Source of the DNA: Octopus sinensis
Lineage: Eukaryota
Direction: 5' to 3'
Assembly: GCF_006345805.1 (NCBI RefSeq)
Contig: NC_043002.1
Span: forward strand, 67,828,001 to 67,892,000
Length of the DNA stretch: 64,000 bases
Shown here: positions 47,953-59,805 of the stretch, one piece after another
Layout of the letters: each line of letters opens with the position of its first letter
Position numbering within the stretch: the first letter of the stretch is position 1
Notes under the pieces: generated by a model
Told to the model about the DNA's origin: nothing
What the model saw: the letters and a program-made list of their open reading frames with translations, nothing else
Databases searched by the model: none
Position numbers and translations under genes: made by a program

Positions 47953-48010
47953 GTGTGTGTGTATATGTTTGTGTGTCTGTGTATGTACCCCCAACATCGC
48001 TTGACAAAGA
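47765..48010 (+). mobile_element. tRNA-derived SINE family A, 3'-truncated
   Basis: Head GTGGCTGTGTTAAGTAGCTTGCTT..GGTTCAGTCCC; (TA)n core. Confidence 0.8.
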
Positions 48011-48809
48011 AAGAATTACTTGTACCAGTCAGATAATTGATTAGACCACCCCACCTCCTCCACCTGTGTATGTGGTAAGGAGTATATTTCCTAACTACTT
48101 GGTTCTGGGTTCGGTCCTACTATGTGGCACCTTAAGGAAATATCTTATACTTTAGCTGCGAACCGGCCAAAGCCTTATAAGTGGATTTGGTGGACGGAAA
48201 TTAAAAGCACACACACACGCATACATACATACATACATACACACGCACGCACACATACATACATGTGCGCGCGCACACATTCATACACACACACACGCAC
48301 TCACACTCATACATCTAAAAATTGAACAGAAGGACGACAAAGGAACAGACGGAAATTTTACACACAAGACATGGACATGCTCTTTCCTCGTCAGTTATCG
48401 TCCAGAAATCATCACAATGTCACACCTTTAACGATAATATTGTTCATTTTGATGGCGTCAACAGCAAAAAGCTGCTGGGAATAACTGAGCGAACATGAAG
48501 GACGGTAACGAAAACAAACACGATACACGTAGTTGGTACAAATATGAATGAATATACAAACAAAATAAAGGCCCTACGGCTCTGACACAGCATTAAAACA
48601 AGAGATGTGTATAAGTAATACAATGGAAAATGATGTCCTATAGGACTGGAAAAAGAAAGTGGAGATGAAAAGGTGGAAAGATAGATAGAACGAAACGTGG
48701 AAGAAAAAAAACGAATTAGTTCTGAAGGTAGAGGAGATGAGAAGAGTCAGGAGATGCGTGATTAAACAGGTCAGCTGTGAAGCGAAAAACCAGGAAGCTG
48801 AAAGGAGAA

Positions 48810-49095
48810 GATGAGAGAGAAAGAAAGGGAGAAAGACAGAAAGAGAGAGGGGGAGTGAAAGAGAGATAGAAATTGATAGAGAGAGTGATGGAGGAAGAGA
48901 GAGAGATGGAGAAACAGAGAGCGATGGAGAAACAGAGATAGATGGAAAAAGAGAGAGAGATGGAGAAAGAGAGAGATAGAGAAAGAGAGACAGATGGAGA
49001 GAGAGAAAGAAACAGACGGAGAGAAAGAGAGAGACAGACAGACAGGGAGAAGTAGTAAAGGGCAGAGAAAAAACCCGAGGAAGAGATAAAAGCAA
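48810..49095. repeat. Purine-rich degenerate (GA)n/GAGAAA low-complexity tract
   Basis: Almost pure A/G on the + strand; produces the LSLSVS-type ORFs in the track. Confidence 0.9.
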
Positions 49096-49615
49096 AAGGA
49101 GAAATGGGTACAAAGAAAGCTTTTGTCGGATGCAGTTTTTTCTTTTCTTTTTTTTTATTGATAATAGTGCGTCGGACAAAATGCCTTGTGCTATTTATTC
49201 CAGCTATTTCAGGCCCTATGCTTTTAGTAGAAAGGATTATTATTATTGAGTGAGAGAGCAATGCACGCCATCAAAGTGACACTAGGGAACAAATATACGA
49301 AGCTCAATATACCCATCATGACTACTCGTCTGATAAGGATACACGAGGCACATGCACCACAACCATATGTGCGCGACATGGTGATCTTATATCAAGATAA
49401 ACAGCACATGACCTTGCAGGTGGGCTCAGTTAGAATTTTCTTCATGTTGAGTAGTCCATCTCTCTCAAAATGTCCCTGAATAAGTCTTGTTTAAGGATGA
49501 TGAACGAAATACCCATGTTTCCAGAGGTGAATTATTCACACCCCTAAGAATTCCTCTTGACACATGGCTATGATGCTCCCCCACTACTCCTGCTCGTGAT
49601 CAGAGATGCATATAC

Positions 49616-49737
49616 CTATTTCTTTACTGCCCACAAGGAGCTAAACACAGAGGAGACAAACAAGGACAGACAAACGGATTAAGTCGATTACATCGACCGC
49701 AGTGCGTAACTGGTGCTTACTTTATCGACCCTGAAAG
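49616..49737 (-). mobile_element. 5'-truncated SINE family B with 16-bp target-site duplication
   Basis: TCAGAGATGCATATAC at 49600-49615 and TCAGAGATGCACATAC at 49738-49753. Confidence 0.85.
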
Positions 49738-50789
49738 TCAGAGATGCACATACCGTTAGTCACTAAGGGACATGCTCAACTGGTTACAGTCAAGCAAGTG
49801 ACAAGCAAAACTCTGGTATCGAGCAAGAATATTTGCTGTAGCCCATCTTTTTTATACCAAGACAAAACAATGTACATGATAACACTTCCAATCAGTTAAG
49901 ATCAAGAACCATGAGAACCAATGCCTGGTACTGCATCAGGACATTTATTATTATTATTGTTGTTGCTTTACAAAGGGAGATGTGCTTGCCTTTTATTCGC
50001 TTCTCAAGCTTTCATAAATAAATGTCAGTAATGTAAACTAACGCAGTGCGTAAAAATGAAATTCTTATTGTCTATGGCTGCTTCTGACTTCGTTAAAATA
50101 GAAATTCGTATATGCTTGGTTGTTGCATATATATATCGGCATCTTTTTCAATGAATGTGGCTATCAGTACTATCAAAATCATTGGAGATGTTCCAACACT
50201 GATAAAGCAGTTATACCCTACATTTCTTCATACAGGGCAATATTATATTTTATTTTATTTTTAGTTTTAGTCTTATTTTGCATAACTAAAGCGTTTTTTT
50301 TTTTTCTTCCCCTTTTAGTCGGAAGGGAAGCCATCATCCATAACTCTTCACAGAACATCTTTGGTGGGTGGGAAGCAGACTGGAAGGAAGTTATCCCCAA
50401 ACTAGAGACCAGGCCCGAATACTTGCAACAAAGTAATCTTCGCCAAAGGTACTCAAGGTGCCAGGTAGTGGTGTTAATCCGGGGGACAGATGAACATATT
50501 AAGTTTATTAAAGTTTATCACCCCTGAAAGCCATGGCGTGATTTGAACACAGAATGTAAAGAGCGGGACAAAAACCCGTGAGGTATCCGGTCCGACATTC
50601 TTACATTTTCGCAAATCTTCCACCTGGAAAGGATGAAAGGTAAAGTTGACCTCGGTGGTATTTGAACTCGGAGCGTAGAGTTCGAACAAATATCGTCAAA
50701 GTATTGGAGGGACGACAGGAATCTGTAAGATGGACTAACCCTCAGAAAATACAATAGCTTAGGAATAGAGAAGTAATTCCTAAGTATAA

Positions 50790-51880
50790 AAAAACCTTGG
50801 TGGGCCTCAATTACTTCAAGGTTTTTTTTTTAAGTTGTTCGAGGTTAGCCATTTTGGATCTAAAGATGGACTCGAAAGCTAGGTCAGTAACTGGGGCTCA
50901 AAGGGAGCACCATGCTGGTGAAGGAGGAATCACGATTGAAGGGAAGGAGTCAACAAATAGTTTAGTAGTGTGCTCATGCAAAGCTGAGTGGTTGAGGAGC
51001 CAGAGCTTGCATTTGGAGCTGTTAACACTAACGCCTCTATGACCAAGCATCTCGATCATCGTCTCGCAGTTGCAAGCACCCTGTCAGGAGCCCCCTTCCC
51101 CCCAAAGCATCATTGAGGTCCCAGGCATTTATGTGTATGTCGGCTTCCATCTTCGTAACAATGCGAATAAGGCAGGACCAAGTGGATCACCCTGTTGGAC
51201 TCCAGAAGCAGATGGGATGAGGTGATCACCAAACGAGAGGTAGGAGGACTCCCGATAGGCTTGCCCAGCAAAGTGATGAAGTGGTGGGGAATTCTCCCTT
51301 ACTGCACGGAGAATGACGTCTCGACTGATGAAGTTAAAAGCATTTTTAAAGTCAAGTTTGAGGATGAACTTTGGGGACTCAGAGGACAAGTTGGTGAAAA
51401 TCCTGGTGGCATGAGCAGCAGTCTCACAACCTAGCTTAGTACCCACTCCTAGCTGAATAGGGGAAAATTCTTCAGGCAATTAGAAACTGAGGACAAGCAC
51501 AATTTTGCTGTGAGCCGTCACAGAGTGCAACCCGCAGCTATGGGGCGAAGGTAACCGTTGGACTTGGTGAGACCAAATAGTTTGGTCCAAAGAACAGGGG
51601 ACGAATGTAGGCAAGGACGCTCTCGGACGAGAACAAGTTTATGAACTGTGTTAGGTTCTCCAAGAGTTCGAGCCCAGCATCACCAGTTGACAGGGAGATA
51701 TCATTCTTGAGATGATGAGGTCGTAAGCCATCGATCCCAGCGCCAGAACCTGCTGGAAAGGAGGTGAAGATGGGTCAGGGGTGAAGATGCGTTGTAGAAA
51801 ACTTGGTGGGTCGGACCAGTGTAGATGATCATCAGTAGGGGATATTAGTATAGCCTGAAATCTGTCTTGATTGAACAGAC
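50790..51880 (-). mobile_element. CRE-clade-like non-LTR retrotransposon reverse-transcriptase fragment
   Basis: LTKSNGYLRPIAAGCTL*RLTAKL followed by ORF 51129..51479 (QLGVGTKLGCETAAHA...LKLDFKNAFN...SGVQQGDPLGPALF), then VNSSKCKLW. Frameshifted. Confidence 0.8.
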
Positions 51881-52107
51881 CTCTGATCAATAACAGTCCA
51901 CCCGAGAACGCTTGATAGAATAAGTACCAAACCAATAAATACTGGGGTTGATTTGATTGAGTAAACTTTTCAACGCAGTGCCCCAGCATGGTCGTAGTCC
52001 AATGACTGAAATATGTAAAAGAATATAAGAATGTACTTTTTTTTCTAAGTTCTTTGCTTGTTCAAGAACAGAAAAGATTTATAAAAGTTCTTAATACGTA
52101 GTTATAG

Positions 52108-52330
52108 TAAGGTGGTGAGCTGGCTGAATCATTAGAGCGCCGGGTGAAATGCTTACTGGTATTTCGTCCGTCCTTACGCTCTGAGTTCAAATTCCACTGA
52201 GGTCGACCTGGCCTTTCAATGAAAGTCTCATCTTTTCGGGGCCGACAAAATAAGTACCGGCTGAATAGATGCAATCGACACCCGCTTCCCCGAATTTGCT
52301 GGCCTTTTGCCAAAATCTGAAACCAATATT
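52108..52330 (+). mobile_element. SINE family B
   Basis: Head AAGGTGGTGAGCTGGCTGAATCATTAG plus the family core. Confidence 0.8.
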
Positions 52331-53879
52331 TTGTTGTAGTACTTACAAGTATCAATAAAACAAAGGATTCTCGCTTATTTAAGTATCAAATTTATTCAGA
52401 GTCCTCTGATTGTTCAACAAGATGTCCATAATAAACAGTGGTTGCATTAAATGTTACCCTATTGTTTGTATGTGTACGAAGATTGTTATTCACAGGATAA
52501 CAATCTACGTACACAATGTGTTCTTTTGTCTGTTGAACGGACACTTGCATTATTTATTTAGTTTCCGGGGTATTTATAATATTTAAAAAAACAGAAACAG
52601 CTAATATATTTATGGTTTCTTCTATTTTCTTATATATGCATTATTTCTTTCAAATTGGAATTTTGTATATATAAGTTTTCTGCCTCTAATTCCCGGATAT
52701 GCCTCATACAATATTTCTTTTGTATTTTAACTTATTTTAGACTCATTTCAGGTTTATTTGGCAAACCACCAAACAACAGTACACTTGACTCGGTTCTGAA
52801 TACCAAAACTTCCCAAAATATTTCAAGATGTAAAAGTCATTTTAACAACAGTCTCTGTTTCCTCCTGTTGATAATATTCACACATGTAGCCAGGGGTGTT
52901 TTCCCGTAAATTAGACGGCTAACGGTGGATCCATTTTTAACCACTGAGAAGTCCCTCGGTCAAAAATCCTGGCTACACCCATGCTATGCACAGTAACATT
53001 TTTTTTATTTATTAATCTTTCAGATGGTTGGTTTGTTCAAACAGTTAAAACTTTTCATTTGCGACAGCTTCATATTCTGGTCTGCTTACAGTTTCCTGAA
53101 GCTGTAAGTCTCTAAGGAATTAATGAGAATCTAGCACAAAGAAAGGCTAAGATAGTCTTCGGCAATATGGTGGCTTTGATAATATAACTTATGGAGTAAA
53201 AGTAGTTAATTTCATTTTAGGGTATAGTGCTTTAAAGAAGAACGACAAAAACCACAACAGCAACAGCTAGTAAAATAAGCATTTTGGATCACATTAAAAC
53301 AAGATTAAAAACATAACCTTCGACCCCAAAATTAATTACAGTAATTGCATAAAGAGTAGGACTCTTGTACTGTGGAGGTCCCACAAGTTGCTTCAAATGA
53401 CCAGAAGACGAGTTTGAACCAGGCACTTCGCTGTACTATGGAATAACAGAGGATGGTAATTCCTTGAAAAGCCAGTTAGCCACAAAGATTAACCACAAGG
53501 ACCGCAACACCAGTAATGACGAAACTGTGACACGCAAGTTAGCTGTCTCACATCTCACATTTATAAGTGATACGCGATAGACTTTGAAAAATAAAATGTC
53601 CATATTATAAAACGCTTATCTATAGGCACAAGTGTGGTTGAGCGGTAAGAAGTTTGCCTCCCAACCACATGGTCTGGTTTCCAAGACAAACGAGTGGTTA
53701 GAGATTAAAAAAGAAAGAAATATATTGGTAAAAGAACACCTATAATGAAATCAAACATTCTGCAGACATTAATAAGGAAGCCTCCAATATAAGACCCCGA
53801 CACTAATAATTTACGGGAAGATATGACTTCACTGAAGAGCTGAGGTCACAACCGCACAATATATATTCTTTTCGAGAGA

Positions 53880-54800
53880 TGAAAAAATCAAATTCCAGGA
53901 TACAATGTTTTTAGTTTCTTCAAACATAAATTTGCTGAAGGTTGACACATGGAATTTAGTATCTGACCTTAAGTGAAAGTAATTGCATCTACTTCGTGAT
54001 TAATTCCCCACCCATTTCAGCTTGGGATACCTACTTGGAGGACTTCGTGGTTACGGTGTTAACCTCATGAAACCAGTGGAAAAGTAAGAGTGAAAAATTG
54101 GACAACACATCTGTAAACTTTTAAACCGACAAGTTCATGCTAACTGTTTTGTTGCCGGACTGATCGCTGGGTTAAAATTGCTGGTATTTTCATTCGATCA
54201 AATGACTTTCAAATTAACAGAGGTGAAGATCAGAGCGAAGAATTTCGCCTCGGAAAAGCTGAAAGTGTCTTGGAAAGCGAAGTAGAAGAGATGAATGCCT
54301 CCTGCTTGTGAGTTATAATCTCTCCTATTCAGCACCTATTTTTGACTTTTTGTTGAAGATTAAAATTCCTTTAATCAGAAAGTTCATCTACTCTCAGAAA
54401 AACACGCCTGTCTGAGTATCACTGTTAAGATTATAGTAGTTGCAAAAGTCGGAAGACCTTCCATTCTCGCATTTATTTCAGGGTTAATAGAATGGATGAA
54501 TAAGTGATGGGTTGGTGATGTGCTTACCATCGATGAAGAAACACTGCATAAAGGCAATTTTAGGTCATTGCTTATAGATCGATTTTCATAGTTAACAGCC
54601 TGTTAAAGGGGTAGGAGTAATTTGTGTGAGTGTGGCGGCAATTGTAGATTGCCTTGTAGTAGATAGTAGTGGCGGTAGCAAACGTTTGTTTTCCCTTTCT
54701 GTTATGAGGAGAGTCGTGGGTTTGAATGTATATCCAGAATTTGGTACTTTGAAAGATATTTCTGAATATACGATATTTACATTAGTAATACAACAAAACT
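53880..54800 (-). mobile_element. Possible highly decayed L2/CR1/Jockey-group RT remnant
   Basis: Only a weak VPNSGYTFKPTTLLI segment resembling VPQGSVLSPTLF; heavily disrupted. Confidence 0.3.
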
Positions 54801-55517
54801 TATGCAAGGGGAAGGATAGATAGATAGATATATTGAAATGAATCAAGTTCAGACACTAAGTTTTTTTTAATTGTTTTTATATTTTTGTTACATTAAACAT
54901 TTAATAAGGTTTAAATAAGAATGTAATATCGATAAAACAGCTGCAAATTTAAGAATAAGAACAGTATATCAAGTAAATTAAAAATAAGTAAAAAAAAAAT
55001 CTCATTTCACCCAGTCACTTACTAATGTCCTCTGCCTCCTAATTTTCGTTTTATGATGGAAAAGCAACTAAAGAAGATACGAATGATAATTTGGCCTAGA
55101 CGAATTTGGTATAGAGATCAATAAAATCTAGTTAAAACAGACGAATTCTGTGGCTGAAAAATTGTAGTTCATAGTATATGTCAGTTCATTAAAAAATTAT
55201 ATGCGATCTGTTTCTAAAACAATCACTATTTTAAAGCTTTGTAATAACGTTAAAATGCAAGTATTTGTAAAACCTTTAAGTTTGACAATAAACAGATATT
55301 AAACCATAAGACCATAGTCTAGAAAAAAATAAAAGGAAATAAAAGAACTTGCCGCAATGGGTATCATATTTCTTTGCTTTGAATGTTAAATGTCTTCAAA
55401 GTATCCGCTTATGTTTCTGAGACAATAATATTTTATTTTCGCAACACTAACTTTTTAGAAAGCTTTAAAATACTAGCTTCTTTCAGTTAAGGACAATAGG
55501 TACGTGTAGCTATTTCG

Positions 55518-55778
55518 GGTACTACTTGAGAAGAGTGGTCCCGGTGCGCGTACTCGCGCATCCGCGCTAGCTAGTCGTGACTAGTCGACCCTACAACGAC
55601 TACCTAGCAAAGTAAATAAAACACAAAATAAATATTTTTTTTACACAAAGTAAATAAATTTTTAAACAAAGTGAATAAAACAAAAACACAAAGTAAGGAT
55701 CGACTAGTCACGACTAGCTAGCGCGGGTGCGCGAGTACGCGAGTGTGCTCACCGGGACCACTCTTCTTAAGTAGTACC
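55518..55778. mobile_element. Mutator-like (MULE) non-autonomous MITE, 261 bp
   Basis: TIRs at 55518-55592 and 55696-55778 (GG...CC ends; 8-bp insertion in the right arm). 9-bp TSD GCTATTTCG (55509-55517) / GCTATTTTG (55779-55787). Confidence 0.82.
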
Positions 55779-56293
55779 GCTATTTTGTGCTAGTTATTTA
55801 AGAAAACAGTTACACCTTTCTTCGTGTGTAGTGATGTTATTAATGTTTAGTGGCAGGCTAGTCCTGATTGAACAGACTCGTGATCAAAACCGTTCTAGAC
55901 GTAACCATCCCTCCTTTTTAGGACAATACATTGTCCAATATTTCTCTTCCTTATTGAAAACAGTAGGGTTGTAAATTTGAGAGAGATTTGGCAGTTATTA
56001 CTAACAGATTCAGTGACCATGTACAAACTCCCGTGTGTGTGTATGCAACCATGATCATCATTATTTTACGTCCGCTTTCTAGGCTGGTATGGGTTGGACA
56101 TTTCGACTGGATCTAACTGGTCGGTGTACACCAATGTGTTGCACCAATGTTTCATGGTTTCTATGACTAACTACCCTTCATAATGCTAATCACTTTACAG
56201 AGAGAACTGAGTACTATTTTCGTGACCTCAACCCTCCTGGTGAGGCCACATAACAAAATTAAAGAGCTTCCACATCAGAGTTTATTTCAGTTA

Positions 56294-56805
56294 CCGTAAA
56301 TCTTCGAGTATAATCCGCATTTTCCCCCCAAAATTTAAAGGTCAAAATCTCTAGTGCGTACTATATACAAGGTTAAAAATGAAAATTATTTTCTAAGCAA
56401 GGTCCGAGTCTCTATTTGCTGTCCGGCAATGTTTATTCAGATGCATTTTGTGATGTTGGGTGCGAAAATACCTTAAGCTAAGCCTGAAAGCAATGAAGTC
56501 ATAAAAGAATCATCCATAACTTGCAGTTAGCAACATTTATTAAACGTTATTACTGTTATTTCGTTATTTTCTGCAAACAAAATGCACAAAAAAGCTACAC
56601 ATTTGCATTATGTTATATATTCAATAATAATAAAGGACGTTACCGTATACATTTTTACAAACCAAGAACGTTATATAGACCTCCTTGACTCAAGTTAGAG
56701 AAGGGGTGCGTATTATACACAAGGTTTAGGTTTTTCAGAGGTACAGTCCCCTAAAAATCCACTGCGTATTATACGCAAGGGTGGATTATACTTGAGGATT
56801 TACGG
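56294..56805. mobile_element. Tc2/pogo-like MITE, 512 bp
   Basis: TA at 56292-56293 and 56806-56807; TIRs CCGTAAATCTTCGAGTATAATCCGC versus (reverse complement) CCGTAAATCCTCAAGTATAATCCAC. Confidence 0.82.
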
Positions 56806-57944
56806 TATTATTCACACAGACAATGAAATATATCATCGTTCCCCACCACTCAAAGAACAAGCAGACCTTTGATATTTATAGCTGGACATAATGATATTTG
56901 GTGTTGAGTATTTACAATGAACAATATTAATACTGAATGGAACAGAGAGAAAAACTGCACTGCATCCATAGAAGTTACTTATGAGATGTTGTGTGAATGT
57001 TCAAAATAGGTATGTCTGAGAACTTGGAGTTGTCTGCGCAGATGTCTAGAACCATCTGCATGCCAAGAGAGGAGACACATGGATCAGTCAGCTGCCTTCC
57101 ACACACGACAATGAGTTAAAGTGCCAAAATAGTTTTTTGTAAGAGACAAGAGGTTAAATTGTAGAACATTCAAGGAAACCATATCACACCACAGCCTCAC
57201 GCTGATTGGTTGGTTCATTTACAGACGAATCATGAAAAACTGTGGTGTCTCATTCATAGTACTTGACCAAGTATCTGCTAAAACATCACCACAAAGTCGA
57301 TCTCTATTTGAGGAACAGGGTTTAAGAATGGCTTGAAAGTTCCTGTAGATATAGATGCATTTGTTCTTGTTCATCTTGCCTCTTGTGACCCCTTGAAAAG
57401 CCAGTCAAGAGGTCTCTTAAATAATTTTCTTTTCTTCATATATTTTCTTGTAGCAGGCAATAAATTTATGAACCGCTACTGGTTTTTGTATAAATCCACC
57501 CAATATTTGGTCTCTGAGGGCTGAAAGAGGCTAAACAGAACCAGCTGCCACCTCTGAACAAATGTGGCTTTAGTAACATGTACCATGTACATGCTTTTCT
57601 TAATTGTTTATGCAGAACCAGTGGACATAGGCATTTTCTTGACTCTCCCACCCTTTGATGCAGTGTCATATTGAGGATGTGACAGCTGGAGAGAGAGAGT
57701 TACACTAGCACTCAGCTGGTACTTATTTTCAACTGAATAGGCTGGGGCAATATGAAATGAAGGATTTTGCTCAAGGATTAAAATTCAAGTATCAACAAGT
57801 TTCACAGCAATAGGGGATGATATAATTTCAAATTTTCAATAAATTTCATACCAATAATACATGGTAGAAGACTGAAAGTTCAATAGCTTTCAAAGTTATG
57901 AATTATATTAGCAATTACATACAATGAAAATTTTAAAGAGTAAC

Positions 57945-58345
57945 TCTTTACTCTTTTACTCTTTTACTTGTTTCAGTCATGTGACTGTGGCCATGCTGGA
58001 GCACCGCCTTTGGTCGAGCAATTTGACCCCAGGACTTATTCTTTGGAAGCTTAGTACTTATTCTATTGGTCCCTTTTGTCGAACTGCTAAGTTACAGGGA
58101 CGTAAACACACCACCATCGGTTATCAAGCAATGTTGGAGGGTGGGGGATAAATACAGACACACAAACATATACACACACATACCAATATGTATACATATA
58201 TATGACAGGCTTCTTTCAGTTTCCGTCTACCAAATCCACTCACAAGGCTTTGGTCAGCCCGAGGCTATAGTAGAAGACACTTGGCCAAGGTGCCACACAG
58301 TGGGACTGAACCTGGAACCATGTGGTTCATAAACAAGCTACTTAC
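57945..58345 (-). mobile_element. tRNA-derived SINE family A
   Basis: Homologous to 12088-12524. Confidence 0.85.
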
Positions 58346-58874
58346 CACACAGCCACTCCTACTCCTAGGGAATTATTTTACAAGTTCTTTAGTAGTGAGT
58401 GAAGGAGAATTGTTCACTTGTTTGAGCCACGATTCAAGCTGATATTGCTTTGTATATATAGGTTTTAAGAGAGGATGAAGTCCTCATTGGTTACCTACTC
58501 AGTTACATCACTTGCTTTTGTCTGCCTGTGGTCTACTATTGTGGTTACTGCCTGCCTGAGTATATCATTTGTTTATCATATGTTCTGGTCAGTTATTATT
58601 GTTCAGCATTCTGATTGGTTGACTGCCTGAAGATATCATTTGTTTATCAAAGACAATTGCCCAAGGTGGTATGCAGTGGGATTGAGCCCAGAACTATGTG
58701 GGCAAACAAATCTCATAACACACAGCCATGCCTAATGCAAACACATACACAAACATAGATATTAATTTTTTTCATTCTCTTCCCATTTTTTTCCCTCTTT
58801 ATCCTTTCTGTCGAAGAGTGTAAGCTTGAGTGACTCTCGGACTTTTTGAGTTACTCTGTTGCTTCTGCTAAATA

Positions 58875-58912
<38 letters not shown>

Positions 58913-59051
58913 GGGTGTATATTCCTCACTCATTCATTTAATTACAACTCTTAATGGAAAACTTTTCTGATACCCCTGCTTGAAATTTGATGACATTGGG
59001 TGTGGCAGCACACCCAGTACAACAACCACCATATACCACTGATATATATAT

Positions 59052-59372
59052 ATCATCATCATCATCATCATCGTTTAGCGTCCGTTTTCCATGCTAGCAT
59101 GAGTTGGACGGTTCTACTGGGGTCTGTGAAGCCAGAAGGCTTCATCAGGCCCAGTCAAATCTGGCAGTATTTCTACGGCTGGATGCCCTTCCTAACGCCA
59201 ACCACTCCGTGAGTGTAGTGGGTGCTTTTTACGTGCCACCCGCACAGGTGCCAGACAGAGCTGGCAAACAGCCACGAACAGATGGTGCTTTTTATGTGCC
59301 ACCGGCATGAGGCCAGTCGGGGCGGCGCTGGCAACGGTCGCGAAACGGAAGGTTCTCTTACATGCCACCGGC
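59052..59372 (-). mobile_element. SINE family D, CpG-rich (probably young)
   Basis: (CAT)n-CGTTTAGCGTCC start, family core and repeated TTTTACGTGCCACC modules. Confidence 0.82.
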
Positions 59373-59389
59373 AATATATATATATATAA

Positions 59390-59805
59390 GTGCAGGCATG
59401 GCTGTGTGGTAAGAAGCTTGCTTGCCAACCACATGATTCCAGGTTCAGTCCACTGTATAGTACCTTGGGCAAGTATCTTCTGCTATTGTCTTGGGCCAAC
59501 CAAAGCCTTGTGAGTGGATTTGGTAGACAGAAACTGAAAGGAGCCCATTGTAGATATATATATATATATATATGTATGTATATATGTATACATATATATA
59601 TGTGTTTGTGAGTCTGTGCTTGTCCTGCCATTACCGCTTGATAACTGATGTTGGTGTGTTTAAGTCCCCCGTAACTTAGCAGTTCGACAAAAGAGACTGA
59701 TAGAATAAGTACTAGGCTTACTAAGAATAAGTCCTGGAGTCGATTTGTTCGACTAAATGTGGTGCTCCAGCATGGTAGAAGTCAAACAACTGAAACAAGT
59801 AAAAG
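59390..59805 (+). mobile_element. tRNA-derived SINE family A, full length
   Basis: Head GCAGGCATGGCTGTGTGGTAAGAAGC; tail GAAACAAGTAAAAGA. Confidence 0.85.

Noticed and set aside
48574-49261. ORFs of 201 and 181 aa on the minus strand
   Set aside because: They are translations of a GA-rich low-complexity tract (LSLSVS repeats) with no domain.
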